A DNA stretch of 64,000 nt from Chrysomallon squamiferum (taxonomy: Eukaryota > Animalia > Mollusca). The stretch is taken from NCBI GenBank assembly GCA_012295275.1, contig CM022667.1, positions 22,134,001-22,198,000 of the forward strand, given 5' to 3'. This document shows positions 51,836-64,000 of the stretch, one piece after another; position 1 is the stretch's first letter, and the number at the start of each line of letters is the position of its first letter. The notes beneath the pieces were generated by a model. That model was not told where the DNA came from, searched no databases, and saw only the letters and a program-made list of their open reading frames with translations. Made by a program: the position numbers and the translations under genes.

Positions 51836-53449
51836 TTTTAGTTAAAACACTTTCAAAACAAAAGATTATGTACAAGAATATCAGACACATAATATTACTG
51901 CTTTGAAACAGAGGGTCAGTAGCTTTTTCTGACTTCTTTCTCTGCATGTTGAACATCAGTTTCTCGTTTTAAATATATTTATGATCAAAATTAAGACTTT
52001 AATAAGGATATTCAAGCCACACCTTTCCAGGTTATACAATTCAAATCTTGGATAATCTTTTAATATGGACTTATATTAAAACTAACATTTTATAGAGCAC
52101 ATTAAGTTAAATCAAGCTATGCTCACTCTTTCTATGACAGCATCTTCAAATTAGGCCATTTAACCAATGACTCAACAAAACAAAACAAAATCAATAAATT
52201 AAATTTTTCTTTATTTTTGGAAACTTATCACAGATTTTTAAAAAACAATTCATCTCAAATTCACCAACCTTAACTGCTGAACAAAAAGAGTCATCTTCTG
52301 ACAGTTGATCAAGTATTTCTTTTTTAAAGTTTTACACATTTTGATTTCCAGGACCTAACTCAGCTACCACTTTTGTTATGCCTCTGATTTTATTAATTCA
52401 TTGTTACCGAGATATTATTAAACAAATATGCTTGTTATATTTTTATTCATGATTGGACATTAATTATTCATCTATAAATATCTTTGTTATCAAATGTAAT
52501 TCATTCATCATTCAATCATTCTTTCATTTACTTACAGCAGCACTTAGTTCCTTCTTATTAAGTATGTAATTTACTTGGTATTGGTTATCATATTTAATAT
52601 AAGGAGAGATAAGGCTAATTTGGTGCTAGTTGTTTTTATCGGATTTAACTTGAACACATTTTTTTAACAATTATTAATAGTTATTGTTTCTTTTTTTGTA
52701 AATGTAAAATGTTTCATAAATGCCAACTGATAAATATTCTAATTTGTAAAACTTTTTGTGATGACAATAAAAATATATTAAACATCCATTGAACTTTCTG
52801 TTTTATTTTCAGTTATATCTGATTGTTGTTTGTCTTTTTATACAGAAATTAGTGCAAATGCAATATATGGCCACATACACAAACAGAGCAGAGATACTAG
52901 CTCCAAGATATGTCCTAGCAAATATAAACCAAAATAATACTTTGTATGTACAACTGTTGTCCAGGAAAATACAAACCTTTGACTATAATGACCTTATATG
53001 CAAATAAAACATGTATTCATATATATAAATAATGTTACATCAGTGTTTTATAAAATATACAGTTGTTTATTTGTTTACATGTGTACATCTATACAATTAT
53101 ATAACATATATATATATATACACAATATACATGTAAAAGTACACACACACACTATAGGTCCAAACAGATGTAAAAGGACACACTTAGTTGTCCGGGGTGA
53201 CAAAAGCTGTTCATACTGAATACATCACAAAATAAATGTTATAAATAACATTGGTCAGTTGGAGCAAAGAATAATTTGGCTAAAGCACAGCAGAATATAT
53301 TATACTGTTATACAATATGCACTGGATTGATCTAGTTGTCTCTGGTGTTAACTTTTTAAATGAATCTTTATTTACAAATCTGGAAACTGTATTTATGAAT
53401 AAATTTTCTTAAAGTTTATTTTTGTAAATAACTATACAAGAACTTGAAT

Positions 53450-54429
53450 ATTTCGGCATTCATCGTCTATAAGTTATTGTTTCAAAATAATAAATAAATA
53501 CCACAAACAATCCTGATTCATAAAATGATTACTTTATTGCTGTGCATTGATTAGGATTATGTCATGTCATGTCTCCATGCAGATCAAGCAACTGATTGTC
53601 TGCAATAAGACTGAACTGGTTTGAAGTGATGAACATCGTGTCAGTATAATCGAAATCCAAAACTTCACATCAGAAGATCTGTCTCAGCTCATGAAACTAA
53701 TACCAGTATTTGCACACCAAATCTCAATTATCTTACATTATTATACTGCATTCAAATAGGTTGTGGCAAAAATTAATTTGTTGTTTCAACCTTGATATGT
53801 TTGTGGTTTTCTTCCTCGAGATAAATGATTTGACTGAATAACAATAAAAGAAACTACCACTATTTGGCGAAAAAATGATTACAATGTGAATGTTATTTAG
53901 GCTTCACCCTACAGCGCACTCTTCGACTTGAATGACCTTGTAATTTCTCTACTCCCATGTAAGATTATCTACGCATTTTGGGGTGGCGGAATATATATAC
54001 ATATAACAAGAAGCAAAGTCATGCACGTTTACTACAAGAATGAAAAAAAAAATACACTCGCTCTGCCTGCGTATTAATAATATCGGTGTGGTTCTGACAC
54101 CCATACCCACACCATGATATACCGATAAATATTCAATTTCAGTAAATAATTAATATTTAGGAAATAGTTCAGATCGTTTTTTCCGTAAATATTATTTATT
54201 TAATATTTCAAATTTGTCAAAATTAAGAGAAATATGTTCCATGGTATATTCATTTTGTTGTCTATCATGCAGAATTATGAACACAAACAGGAAGACAGTC
54301 TAGTTCCCACTACCATCGTCAATTTCCGATAACCGAAATGTATCGAATAGTTCCGAAATATAAATAACTACACAAAACCAACATGGCCGTTTGCTTTTAA
54401 AGCAGTTGCTATGTTAAAAAAAAAAAATA

Positions 54430-54462
<33 letters not shown>

Positions 54463-54670
54463 GTTGGAATTATTTTGTGTCCATTGATCGTATGCGTCGG
54501 TATACATTTATTTTGTTATATTTATTAATATATTAAATTTAAGGGCATAATCGAAAATATAGTCCTGTGACAATCTGCCTATATTATATATATAGTTTCG
54601 CTGCAGATTTTAGGAGCAATAGCAAGTTTAAAAAGGGTAATTTAAAAAATCGCTAGTTAATTACGTTCGA
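53450..54670 (+). promoter_or_regulatory. CpG-retaining island, probable promoter of the HRI-like gene
   Basis: CG dinucleotides reappear between two CpG-depleted gene bodies; CAACATGGCCG (YY1-like) at ~54379; possible small non-coding exon near 54607-54637. Confidence 0.5.
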
Positions 54671-55027
54671 TAATGTTAATCTTCATAGCAGTAATTGAGT
54701 AACCTCTTTTTTTATGGGGTACAACTACCAGTTCACTGTCCAGACTCTATCACAGTCTGGGCCATTGACTGTGTTAAGCTAAATATCATTGTGACCAGAC
54801 TTCCCTTTTTTTTTAAATTTAAATTTGCATATTTCAGTAATTAATATCACATATGTATTTAAATCAGTTATTTATATTTTAACTGAGACACTATAAAGAT
54901 GCCATTTTATTATTATTTTTTAAATATGTAACAACAAATACAAACAGCAAAACACGTTCGATTTTAATGACATTTTGTTTAAGCAAAATATTAGGACTAT
55001 TCTCTTTCATTTTGTTTTTAATTATCA

Positions 55028-55089
<62 letters not shown>

Positions 55090-55392
55090 TTTTTTTAAAT
55101 TAGTTGTTAAATATATGTTATTTTACTTTATAATATATATATATTTTTTTAATGGCTTTACATGACGGGAAGTAACATTCCATAACTAAAATGGACTTTT
55201 TATAAATATATACTAGTAGAATATATAAAGATTACTAGGCCATTAATATTTGTCATCTTGAAATTGTATTTTTCCAAGCCAATGATATGATGTTGAGCAA
55301 TGACACATAAGCTATGTTTGAGGGATTGCAACAGGAGGTGAGATCCAGAGTGGTGTGGTAGATTTTGTGTACACTGACACACACAAGAAATA

Positions 55393-58128
55393 ATGCCTTT
55401 GAAAAAAAGCAACATGACAAGAGGAACCAGTTCTGTCTTCAAACTGAAAAATGGGCTGGAACCAATCAGAAAATTTGATGGTGAGATTTTTTCTTTTATG
55501 GGATGTTCTTTCATTATATTTTTTATTCTGGGTTATTTTTTTTTTATTGTTAAATATATGAAAATAATACTTTACTTGTATTTATTTAAGTGATCTCTTT
55601 TTATTTAAACATTCTTTGTTTATTTAAATAACATTTATTATAGTATTTTTATTATTTTATGTAAACAACCATGATTTCTAATCCTGCAAATATCATTAAC
55701 TGAGGAACAAATGCTTTATATTTGGTTGATTGTGGATGCAAATTCCAGAATGGTTCAATACTCTGTTTTGCAACACTGTGAAGCCAACTGCAGTGATAAT
55801 GATTATATTTAAATTTCTGTTTCAGATTCTGACTTATCTCATCTGGGCAAGGCCAACATTTGTCCTCAGAATTCCAGGTCTTTGGATCTTCCTCAGTCAG
55901 TGCCCACACATATCCTGATGACATCCATCTTGGAACAACTCTGTCATCTGTACATCCGAGATGACATCTTAGCTCAGGAACTTTTCAACTGTAAGTACTT
56001 TTTAAAATCTCCACCTTGAATACCTGCATGAAACTGTAATAAGAATGCTAGTTTGTAACATAATTTTTAGGCTTTCTTTCCACAAATGAGGGATGATTCA
56101 GTAGATATGTGTATGTACAATATGTGTAATTTATTTTGTATCTCTGTATAGATTTTCCTTGGTTAGAAGAACACTATTTTCAAACAGTAAATCCTAACTA
56201 ATAAATACACACATGCACACACATACATACCGCCATTTATATGTGAACTAGGAACATTAAAAATACAATCTCTGACCTCCAATTTTTTTTTTTTTTTTTT
56301 TTTTTTTTTACTAATATTTTGTAAATGTATAGCCAGACATTCTGTTGTCATGAAAAGATTGTTGTTTCTATTTGACAGTAATGTGTACACAGCTAGTCAA
56401 GTTAAGAGTGATGTGTCCAATGAGTTTTATTGATGAGATTGGCAGTGTCCGGGCTCAATACAGAGTTTGTGTTAACAACATGATGCACACAACCATGAAA
56501 CAAGTCCTCAAAGTATGTCATTAATATTATCAATTTTGTCATTATCTATTCATTTTACATCTAAAAAAATATATATTCACACACAGACTGAAGCAATAAT
56601 TTTTGTAAAAAAATTTATTGAAAGAATTGTATGGTGAAGTTGAAATTCATTTTACATTTAAACAAAATATATTCACACACAGACAAAAGCATGTTTTTTT
56701 AAAAATTTGTTATTGAAAGAATTGTATGGTGAAGTTGAAATTTTCTTTACGTTAAGTTAAAAATAGTTCAGATGGTTAAATATAATAATTTCAATAATAT
56801 TTGTTCATTTATGTTATTATTTTTTATTTTATTTTTTATTTATTTATTTATTATTTTTTTTTTTTTTTCAATATTCATTTACATTATTTTAAATAATTTT
56901 AGAAATACCCCTAGATTAAAAAATTTTATTTGAAGATTTTTTATTTCAGAATTCTGGTTCCAGTGCCATGGCTCTTGTGCCTACAGAAAGAAGACAGATA
57001 TCAGGACTAAGCTATATTAGGTAGGTTGATATTGTGTATTGATGTCAGTCACAATTATTAATTCAAAGATTATTAGGCTTCCTCAGATCATTATAATATT
57101 GTATTCACAAAAAATAAAGATTCGTATTTGTTAAGTCCTCTCTTTCTTTTTTTTTATTTAATTAAACAACAACCATATACATCAGCAAAACTATATTTTG
57201 TGCTATGATTAAATAAATGTCTTTTCTTATTTCATTTAAAGTATAATTAACCTAAATATATTATTAAAATGCTGAAGAAGGTGTTTACTTTGATAGCAAA
57301 ACAGCTTTTTATTTATTTGCTGTTTTAAAATAGACATTCCTTTTTCTCATAGACATTTTATTACAGTGTGCTGTTTTTTCTTTCTATAAATGAATCTTAT
57401 TCTTCAGTAACACACTTGAACTTCATTTGCCAATGGTATCATTTGATGACCTTGTCAAAGTTCACACATCTCGATATCATAGTGAATTCTTGGAACTTGG
57501 TCGTCTGGGGACAGGAGGGTTTGGATCAGTATTCAAGGTCTGAATAATCTCAATAAACACATGCATTGAATGCATGCAAACACATTCACATACATATGTA
57601 AATGAACACACACATATATAAGTAATATTTTGATTAAAATTGATTTTTCTTAAATTACTTGATAATATTTATTTTGTTTTAAGTAAATGTATTATAGTTG
57701 CAAAATCTATTCATTATTTTGTTTTCTGTGATAACTACCATTTTTTAATTATTTTTTTGGTTGATTACAGGCAAAAAATCGTTTGGATGGAAGGCAGTAT
57801 GCAGTAAAGAAAATAAAGTTTAGACACAAAAATTCTGAAAGATTAATCAAGGTGGCTTTCTTTTTACTTTTTCTCTTTTTTTTAACTACATCTTTTCTGT
57901 TTTCACATCTTTTTCAGTTTTACTATCTGTTAGGCTTTGTAGAAAGAAATAAAGTAAAAAAGATATATAAAATGTTTACACAAACAATCTTTTTCTTTAT
58001 GTTAATTAATATTATAATTATTGATAATTTAGTAAAAAATAAATATTTTGTTCTATACATACATACTAACATACACACATGCACATGTATACATGTACAT
58101 ATGTATGTATGTATGTATGAATGTCAGT

Positions 58129-58161
<33 letters not shown>

Positions 58162-61100
58162 ACACATGCCCCCCAACATACACATATATTTAAAGAAAAA
58201 AGAAACCTGTTGATTACTTTTCACCAACATTACTGTAGCTGCTGCGGGAAGTGAAAGCATTAGCTGGGCTGCAACACACTCACATTGTTGGCTACAATGC
58301 TGCCTGGTTTGAAAATGATATGAAAGCATCAGGTAAATATTGAGTTTAAATAATATTATCATTTTATTTCATGCTTTGTTTTATTTTTTAACTGTTATAT
58401 TTAAAATTCTATTTGTTAATTTTATTTTTAATTTAATTTACTTCTTTTTCAGATCATTTTAAACTTTATTTAGGACATTTTTATATATTCAGTGAATAAA
58501 GGTGCTTGTATATTTATACAAATCAACAATTTAATATATTCTTTTTCCAGCTGAACTTGCAGCACCCAACACAGAAGACAGTATGTCTCAGACAACAGAA
58601 AGGTAGACAGTGTTTAAAAAATAACATTTTTCTTTTCCTTTTCAATTTGCTTCATTATATACAACAGTGATATTTCCATTTTTTTAAAGATCAGCATTAT
58701 GTTTTTAATAACTAGCTTTTATTTTCCTTTTCATTTTGTTTCATTGTATACAGCAGATTTAAAGATGAACATTATATTCTTAACATGCTACTGTTAACAG
58801 TATATTTCTAAATTTGTTTGTTTTTTGTTTACTTTTCATGTATTTTACTCAAGTGTTTGTTTATATAATGAAAAGTCAAAAAAAATTAAAAATAAATTAA
58901 TAAATAAAATTTTCTTTGAGGTTGTAATTGTATATTTTGTTGATATTAACCAGCTAAATTAATATTCAGCAAAACATGCACATTGTCTTAAGATTATTTC
59001 TGATATAGTTCAGGATTAAGATAATAATTTTATATTTCAGTGGTTACTCTCAAATAAATCGTAAAAGTCCCAGTGTCAGTATTCAGTTTGCACTGTCCTC
59101 TGATGAAGATGAATCCAAAGAAAAACAGACTAGTCTTGGTAGAAATAAGAAACACACGACTCCCTGTATTAAAGAAATTAACAATGATGGAGTTAGCAAC
59201 TGTCCAGCCACTGGTAATAACAACAGTGTTTTCAAAACTCGTGGCTCTGTCTTCAAGAGACAGAAAAGTGTTCAAAGTTTTTTCAATATGTCCATTGTGC
59301 CCAAATATGGTCAATTGCAGGATAGTGTGGGTAGGTTTGGTTTTGATGCAGTTCGCGGGACAGAAAAAGACTCATGCTTTTCATTCCAAAGAAGCATTAG
59401 TTATGATCCTCCAGGATTTGGTGGAAAATCTCAGGAAAGCTTTTTGGGAGAAGCAGAAAATTGTGATGAAAACTGTTTCCTGATGGTAAGTGGCAGTTTT
59501 AAAACATTCGACTATAGTTCTGATATTCTGATTTGTATAGTTTAAAGTGTCTAAATATCAAGAATTGAGGACATATTCAGAATGTCTGAAAGTGTTAATT
59601 AACCATAATTATTTTGTAATATTTAAATTTGTATTGTACAGTATTCCCTCGCTATTCGCGGGGGTTACGTTCTTTACCCCCCCACGAATAGCGAAAAACC
59701 GCGAATATTGGATGCAGTTTTAAAATGTCTATTATGAGATTATATATGGTACTAAATGCTTCCCAAACATTTTCTAAAGACACTCTTACTCATTAATACA
59801 GTAATAATGTAGTAATATTGCATGCAGTTATGTATTTCACTAATGTAGTAATGATAATGTAAACACATTTTAATTTTGTACTGAAACAATATTTTAATCA
59901 GAAAGAAACGTAAGTACATGAGGACAGTAACACCGCATAGCATAGTTACCCATACAGTATTACTGCACCGTAAAGTCATTTTCTATGCGTACAACATATG
60001 TATTAGAATTGACAGAAAGTGGAACAAATTTAAAGGCAAAACAGACAGATAAATACAGTACACACAGTTCAGGTAATAATATGCAATTAAAAACATTATT
60101 AATACACGGTCACAAAAAATATGCACTGTATATACAGTGTATGCATTTATAAAAAAAATACGTACTGTATTGCAATAATAAATGAAAAAATTTGATATTG
60201 TTTGTGCGGTTTACCGAGCATTTGTTTTTATGACGTTATGACGCTAGCCTGGTATACCAGCATATGATGCGATAGGGTTAAGAGCCTAACCCGCGAATAT
60301 GCGGGGCCGCAAATGGGGAACCGCGAATAGGTGAGGGTATACTGTATATACAAGTCTAAGAGGGTGAGGCAGTATCATCTATTTCTTAAGCTTAGTAATA
60401 TTTTGTTCTTGATAATTTCATTTTGACAGTTGTGTCCATAAATAGTACTTCTGTTGAATGTGTGGAACTGCCTCCATTATCTGTGTTTTTTCTTTCAGTC
60501 CAATGTTGTTTTGTACATACAAATGGAGCTGTGTTCTCTGACACTTGGAGATTGGATGAAGAAGAGAAACACTGAAATTCATGGTCATGCTGATGGAGGT
60601 AAAAACAAGTTATTTTTTCCTAATGTCAGATTAGATATCAGAGTCTAAATTAAATCACTTTAAACAAGTACATAAAGTTTGAGTCCATATTAAATGTACA
60701 TATTGCTTTTAATTTTTCAATATTTAACCAGTACGGTAATCTCCAACTGAATGTTGTCAAATTAGGACAGGATATAAAATTTTACTTGTAAACATAACTC
60801 CAGGAAAACAAACATTAATGTTCTTTTTTAGGTGTATTTAAAAGAAATTATAAGTTATTTAATTAATTTTTGTGATTGTTTTGTTCAGGTGAACTGTTAA
60901 TAAGCCATGATAATATGTACATATTCAATCAGATTTTGAGAGGAGTTGAGTTTATTCACTCTCAGGGTTTGATGCACAGGGATTTAAAAGTAAGTTATTA
61001 CTTTATTACAACTTATGAAATATTGATGGAAGGAAGAAATATTTTGTTAATAATACTTGTCATTATATTTTTAAACTGATAACATAATATGGTTATGGAC

Positions 61101-63911
61101 TAAGAAATTTTACATGCAGCTCCCAGAGACAGTAATGAACTTACTGTGAAATAAAAAATATAATTGTCAGTCTTTAATTTTACATTTTTAACAGTACTTT
61201 GGATTAATTTAAAAACATTATATTTTTTTATATGATTACTTTTAGTTAATTTAATTTAAAATAAATATTTTATGTTTTATTGTATTAAAAAATATTTTCC
61301 AGCCAAAGAACATATTTCTGCAAGGTTCTGATTTACATGTAAAAATTGGGGATTTTGGACTTGCTACTGAAGATTTCCAAGGTTCTAATGGAGAAACCAC
61401 AGTTCTGTCCCCTTCTGCTGCAGTTAAAGGTATTTGTTATGATGGCTTATAGTTATAACAAAGTTAATTTATTAAAACTGGATTAAAATTATAAAACAAT
61501 ATTTATAATTCATAAGTTATATTTTTATTTTTATTTTGCTTTTATGCTTTGGTCATCAGTATATTTAGATCAAGAACCATAATGTTAGACTAATTTAATT
61601 TTCACTTCAGAATTATTTGTGTTTGAACATCATACCTCTGAGGTTGGAACATACACATATGCAGCACCTGAACAATTGGAGGGTAGAATTTATGACAGTA
61701 AAGTACGTTGGTTTATGTTTATTTTTGTTGCACAGATTGATACGAGATATGCAGAATGGTTTTGATTTTAATCATTGTTACACCTCAGAAAATGTTCAAC
61801 AATATTTCAGCATATTTGAATAGTAATATTACTTCAGTCATGTTTCTTATGATGATACAAGAGATTAAACCTGCTGTTGTTTCACATGTGATCAGTTTTA
61901 AGAACCCATGGATATTTTATAACATTGTTTATAATGACAGAAAAGTACATGTCTATTATGTGGAATAGGCAGTAGCCAAACTTTTTAGCACACTAAGATG
62001 GATTGATCCAAAGACCCAGAATGTCTCAGTCATTGAGCTGCATTCTGAGTTGATTTTACCTCCTGATTTCTTGAAACTGTTATTCAACTTTATTCATCCA
62101 ATTATCTCTTAATTTATATTTAATTTTTAACATACAGTGTGATATCTACAGTCTGGGGGTGATATTCTTTGAACAGTACCAGTGTTTTTGTACAGAGATG
62201 GAGAGACACAAATATATCAAAGAGTTGAGAGCTGGTCACCTGCCTGCTGAGTTTGTTAGAAACTGGCCTTCACAAGTATGTGGTTTTGGTTTTTGCATGT
62301 AGATATACCCACAATTCTGTTTGCTTTTCAGTATGTCAGGGCGAGTAGAAAAACATTCAATTTTTCTAGTGAAATTGGCAGTTTAAAGAGTAACATATAA
62401 GTTTGTTGGAATTTAGATATATGTGTATGTGGTTAAGGAATAAAATCATTATGCATTGTCTTTCAGGCCAAAGCTGTTGAGGAAATGACAAGGTTGTCTC
62501 CCACAGAGAGACCAACAGCAAAGTCTCTTTTAATGAGTGATTTATTTCTATCTAAAGATCAGGTAAGTTTGGTTTTGTGATTTAAAACTATAGACGATAT
62601 TAAAATTAACATGAACACTTATCTAAATATAATACAGTGGTACCTCGACTTACGAGTGCCCCAACTTATGATTTTTTCAAGGTATGAGCAGTCTCCCGGT
62701 CGATTTTTTGCCTTGAGTTGTCAGCAGAAATCTGAGTTACGATCGAGCTTCAGATAAACTGCCACTAGTTGGCACAACGAACAACATAACATCCTGCCAG
62801 CACACCGTGTTTCACTCGTTTACTTCACATGGTTACCTCACCACAAAAACATCTCTGTTGTGTTGTGCTTGGGTTTCGTGCAGTATTTTGCCAGATTTCT
62901 TTTTTCTGGCCATGGATCCTAAGAAAGTGAGTGCAAAGGACAGTGCTGAAAAGAAGAAGCCGATGATGTCCATTGAATTAAAACTTGAATACACAGAAAA
63001 ACATGAGAATGGTGTACATGTAGTCAACTTGGCTAGGCAGTAAGAGCGTAGTACTTCTACGATATGTACCTCATGTAACTGATTATTATAAAAAGAAGAG
63101 AAAAAAGAAAAGAGTGAGGAAGAGAAAAGAAGAGAAAGAGGAGAGTAGAAAAAGAGAAGAAAGAAAAAAGAAGCTGAAGGAGTCGATAAAGGCTGTAACT
63201 CCAGTGTTAAAATAATTTGTCTGATCTCCAAACTAAATACACTTTACAAAACCAATTTATTTCTTTACATTCTCTTTTATTTTGTTTTTATACAATATTT
63301 GTCATTTATTAATGCATTTTTCTTACTTAAAAACACGTCACAAAACATACAAAAAAAATATATATATATATATTGTGTGGTTTTGGGAGGGTTGGAACAG
63401 ATTAATGGTATATCAGTTAATTTCAGTTGGGAAAATTTATTTGATATATGAGCAAACTGAGATACGAGCTTGGTCATGGAACAAATTAAACTCTTAAGTC
63501 AAGATACCACTGTATTATTAAAACAGCTTTCTTTCTTCTTTTTTAACACTTTCAAGTTGTATTTTATTTGTTTCTCATGACATCCTGGCTAATAATAAGC
63601 TTGAATATTTACATTATTTTTTTATTGTGAATCAGTATAAATGTTTTAAAAGAAAAAGTACTGACTCGAAAGAGAAAAGAATTAAACTGGGGATCTCTTA
63701 TTTTTGAAAAATTCCATTTCAGATCATTAATTACCTGAAGCAGAAGGCTAAAGATGATGAAGCAGAAATTGCCAGGCTGAGACAACAGTTGAAAGAATAT
63801 GACAGTCAACTGCAGGAGAAGGATCAGGTGATTCTTAAGAAGGACCAACATATCTTAGAACTGACCACACAATTAGAACAAATTCACTTTGATTCATTCA
63901 TGCCAGGCTGA
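55393..63911 (+). CDS. EIF2AK1: Heme-regulated inhibitor-like eIF2-alpha kinase, ~700 aa, 16 coding exons
   Basis: Phase-consistent exons: 55393-55480, 55826-55990, 56379-56512, 56950-57020, 57408-57537, 57771-57851, 58239-58332, 58551-58602, 59041-59485, 60499-60598, 60889-60989, 61303-61429, 61611-61702, 62138-62275, 62467-62562, 63723-63911. HRI-type N-domain (KFDDSD...ILMTSILEQLCHLY...ELFNLMC...DEIGSVR). Kinase motifs SRYHSEF..LGTGGFGSV, YAVKKI, REVKALAGLQH, long insert, LYIQMELC, HRDLKPKNIFL, KIGDFGLA, HTSEVGTYTYAAPEQ, TEMER. C-terminal coiled coil. Confidence 0.92.
56570..56755 (+). repeat. Diverged ~95-bp tandem duplication in HRI intron 3
   Basis: ATATATTCACACACAGAC...TTATTGAAAGAATTGTATGGTGAAGTTGAAATT occurs twice. 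Confidence 0.8.
59639..60344. mobile_element. Tigger-type MITE in HRI intron 9, 706 bp
   Basis: TIRs CAGTATTCCCTCGCTATTCGCGG ... CCGCGAATAGGTGAGGGTATACTG, TA-flanked; internal CCGCGAATA repeats. Confidence 0.88.
62635..63512 (+). mobile_element. Internally deleted Tigger (pogo) transposon in the last HRI intron, with transposase N-terminal HTH remnant
   Basis: TIRs CAGTGGTACCTCGACTTACGAGT ... ACTCTTAAGTCAAGATACCACTG, TA-flanked. Positions 62912-~63070 encode MDPKKVSAKDSAEKKKPMMSIELKLEYTEKHENGVHVVNLARQ*ERSTSTICT, a CENP-B/Tigger N-terminal HTH with a premature stop; no DDE domain. Confidence 0.88.
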
Positions 63912-64000
63912 AGTTTCCAAATTTCACTAGCTGCAAGAACCAGTAACCAATAACATGGATACTTTTCATATGGTTAAAAAAAAAAGACATTTGTCTAAAG

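Noticed and set aside
59073-59483. 136-aa alternative-frame ORF in the HRI kinase-insert exon
   Set aside because: Starts at GTG and is not the frame required by the flanking exon phases; no recognisable motif.

Overview
AT-rich, microsatellite-rich eukaryotic (invertebrate, most likely molluscan; taxon is inference) DNA, with four genes reconstructed by hand from splice sites and translation. (1) A three-coding-exon 143-aa globin (+, 5177-5914) with PheB10/GlnE7/HisF8, a tight cluster of HIF-type elements around its TATA box, and a possible uORF overlapping its start codon. It lies between inverted duplications built on a pogo/Tigger-type MITE. (2) An intronless 645-aa cysteine-rich type II membrane protein of no recognised family (-, 8329-10266). 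(3) A 17-exon PHLPP-like gene (RA-PH-LRR-PP2C-PDZ ligand; +, 37953-51835) with a GC-AG intron and a degenerate phosphatase site. (4) A 16-exon HRI/EIF2AK1-like eIF2-alpha kinase (+, 55393-63911) lacking the mammalian heme-ligand residues. Also present: several TA-flanked Tc1/mariner-pogo elements, a FLYWCH/MULE remnant, a possible decayed multi-exon gene (22.9-25.4 kb), a ~795-bp near-identical direct duplication around PHLPP coding exon 2, inverted repeats, a perfect 54-bp palindrome, and sharp CpG-rich/CpG-poor domains. No CRISPR, rRNA or convincing tRNA was seen. Most short ORFs in the track are microsatellite or antisense artefacts.
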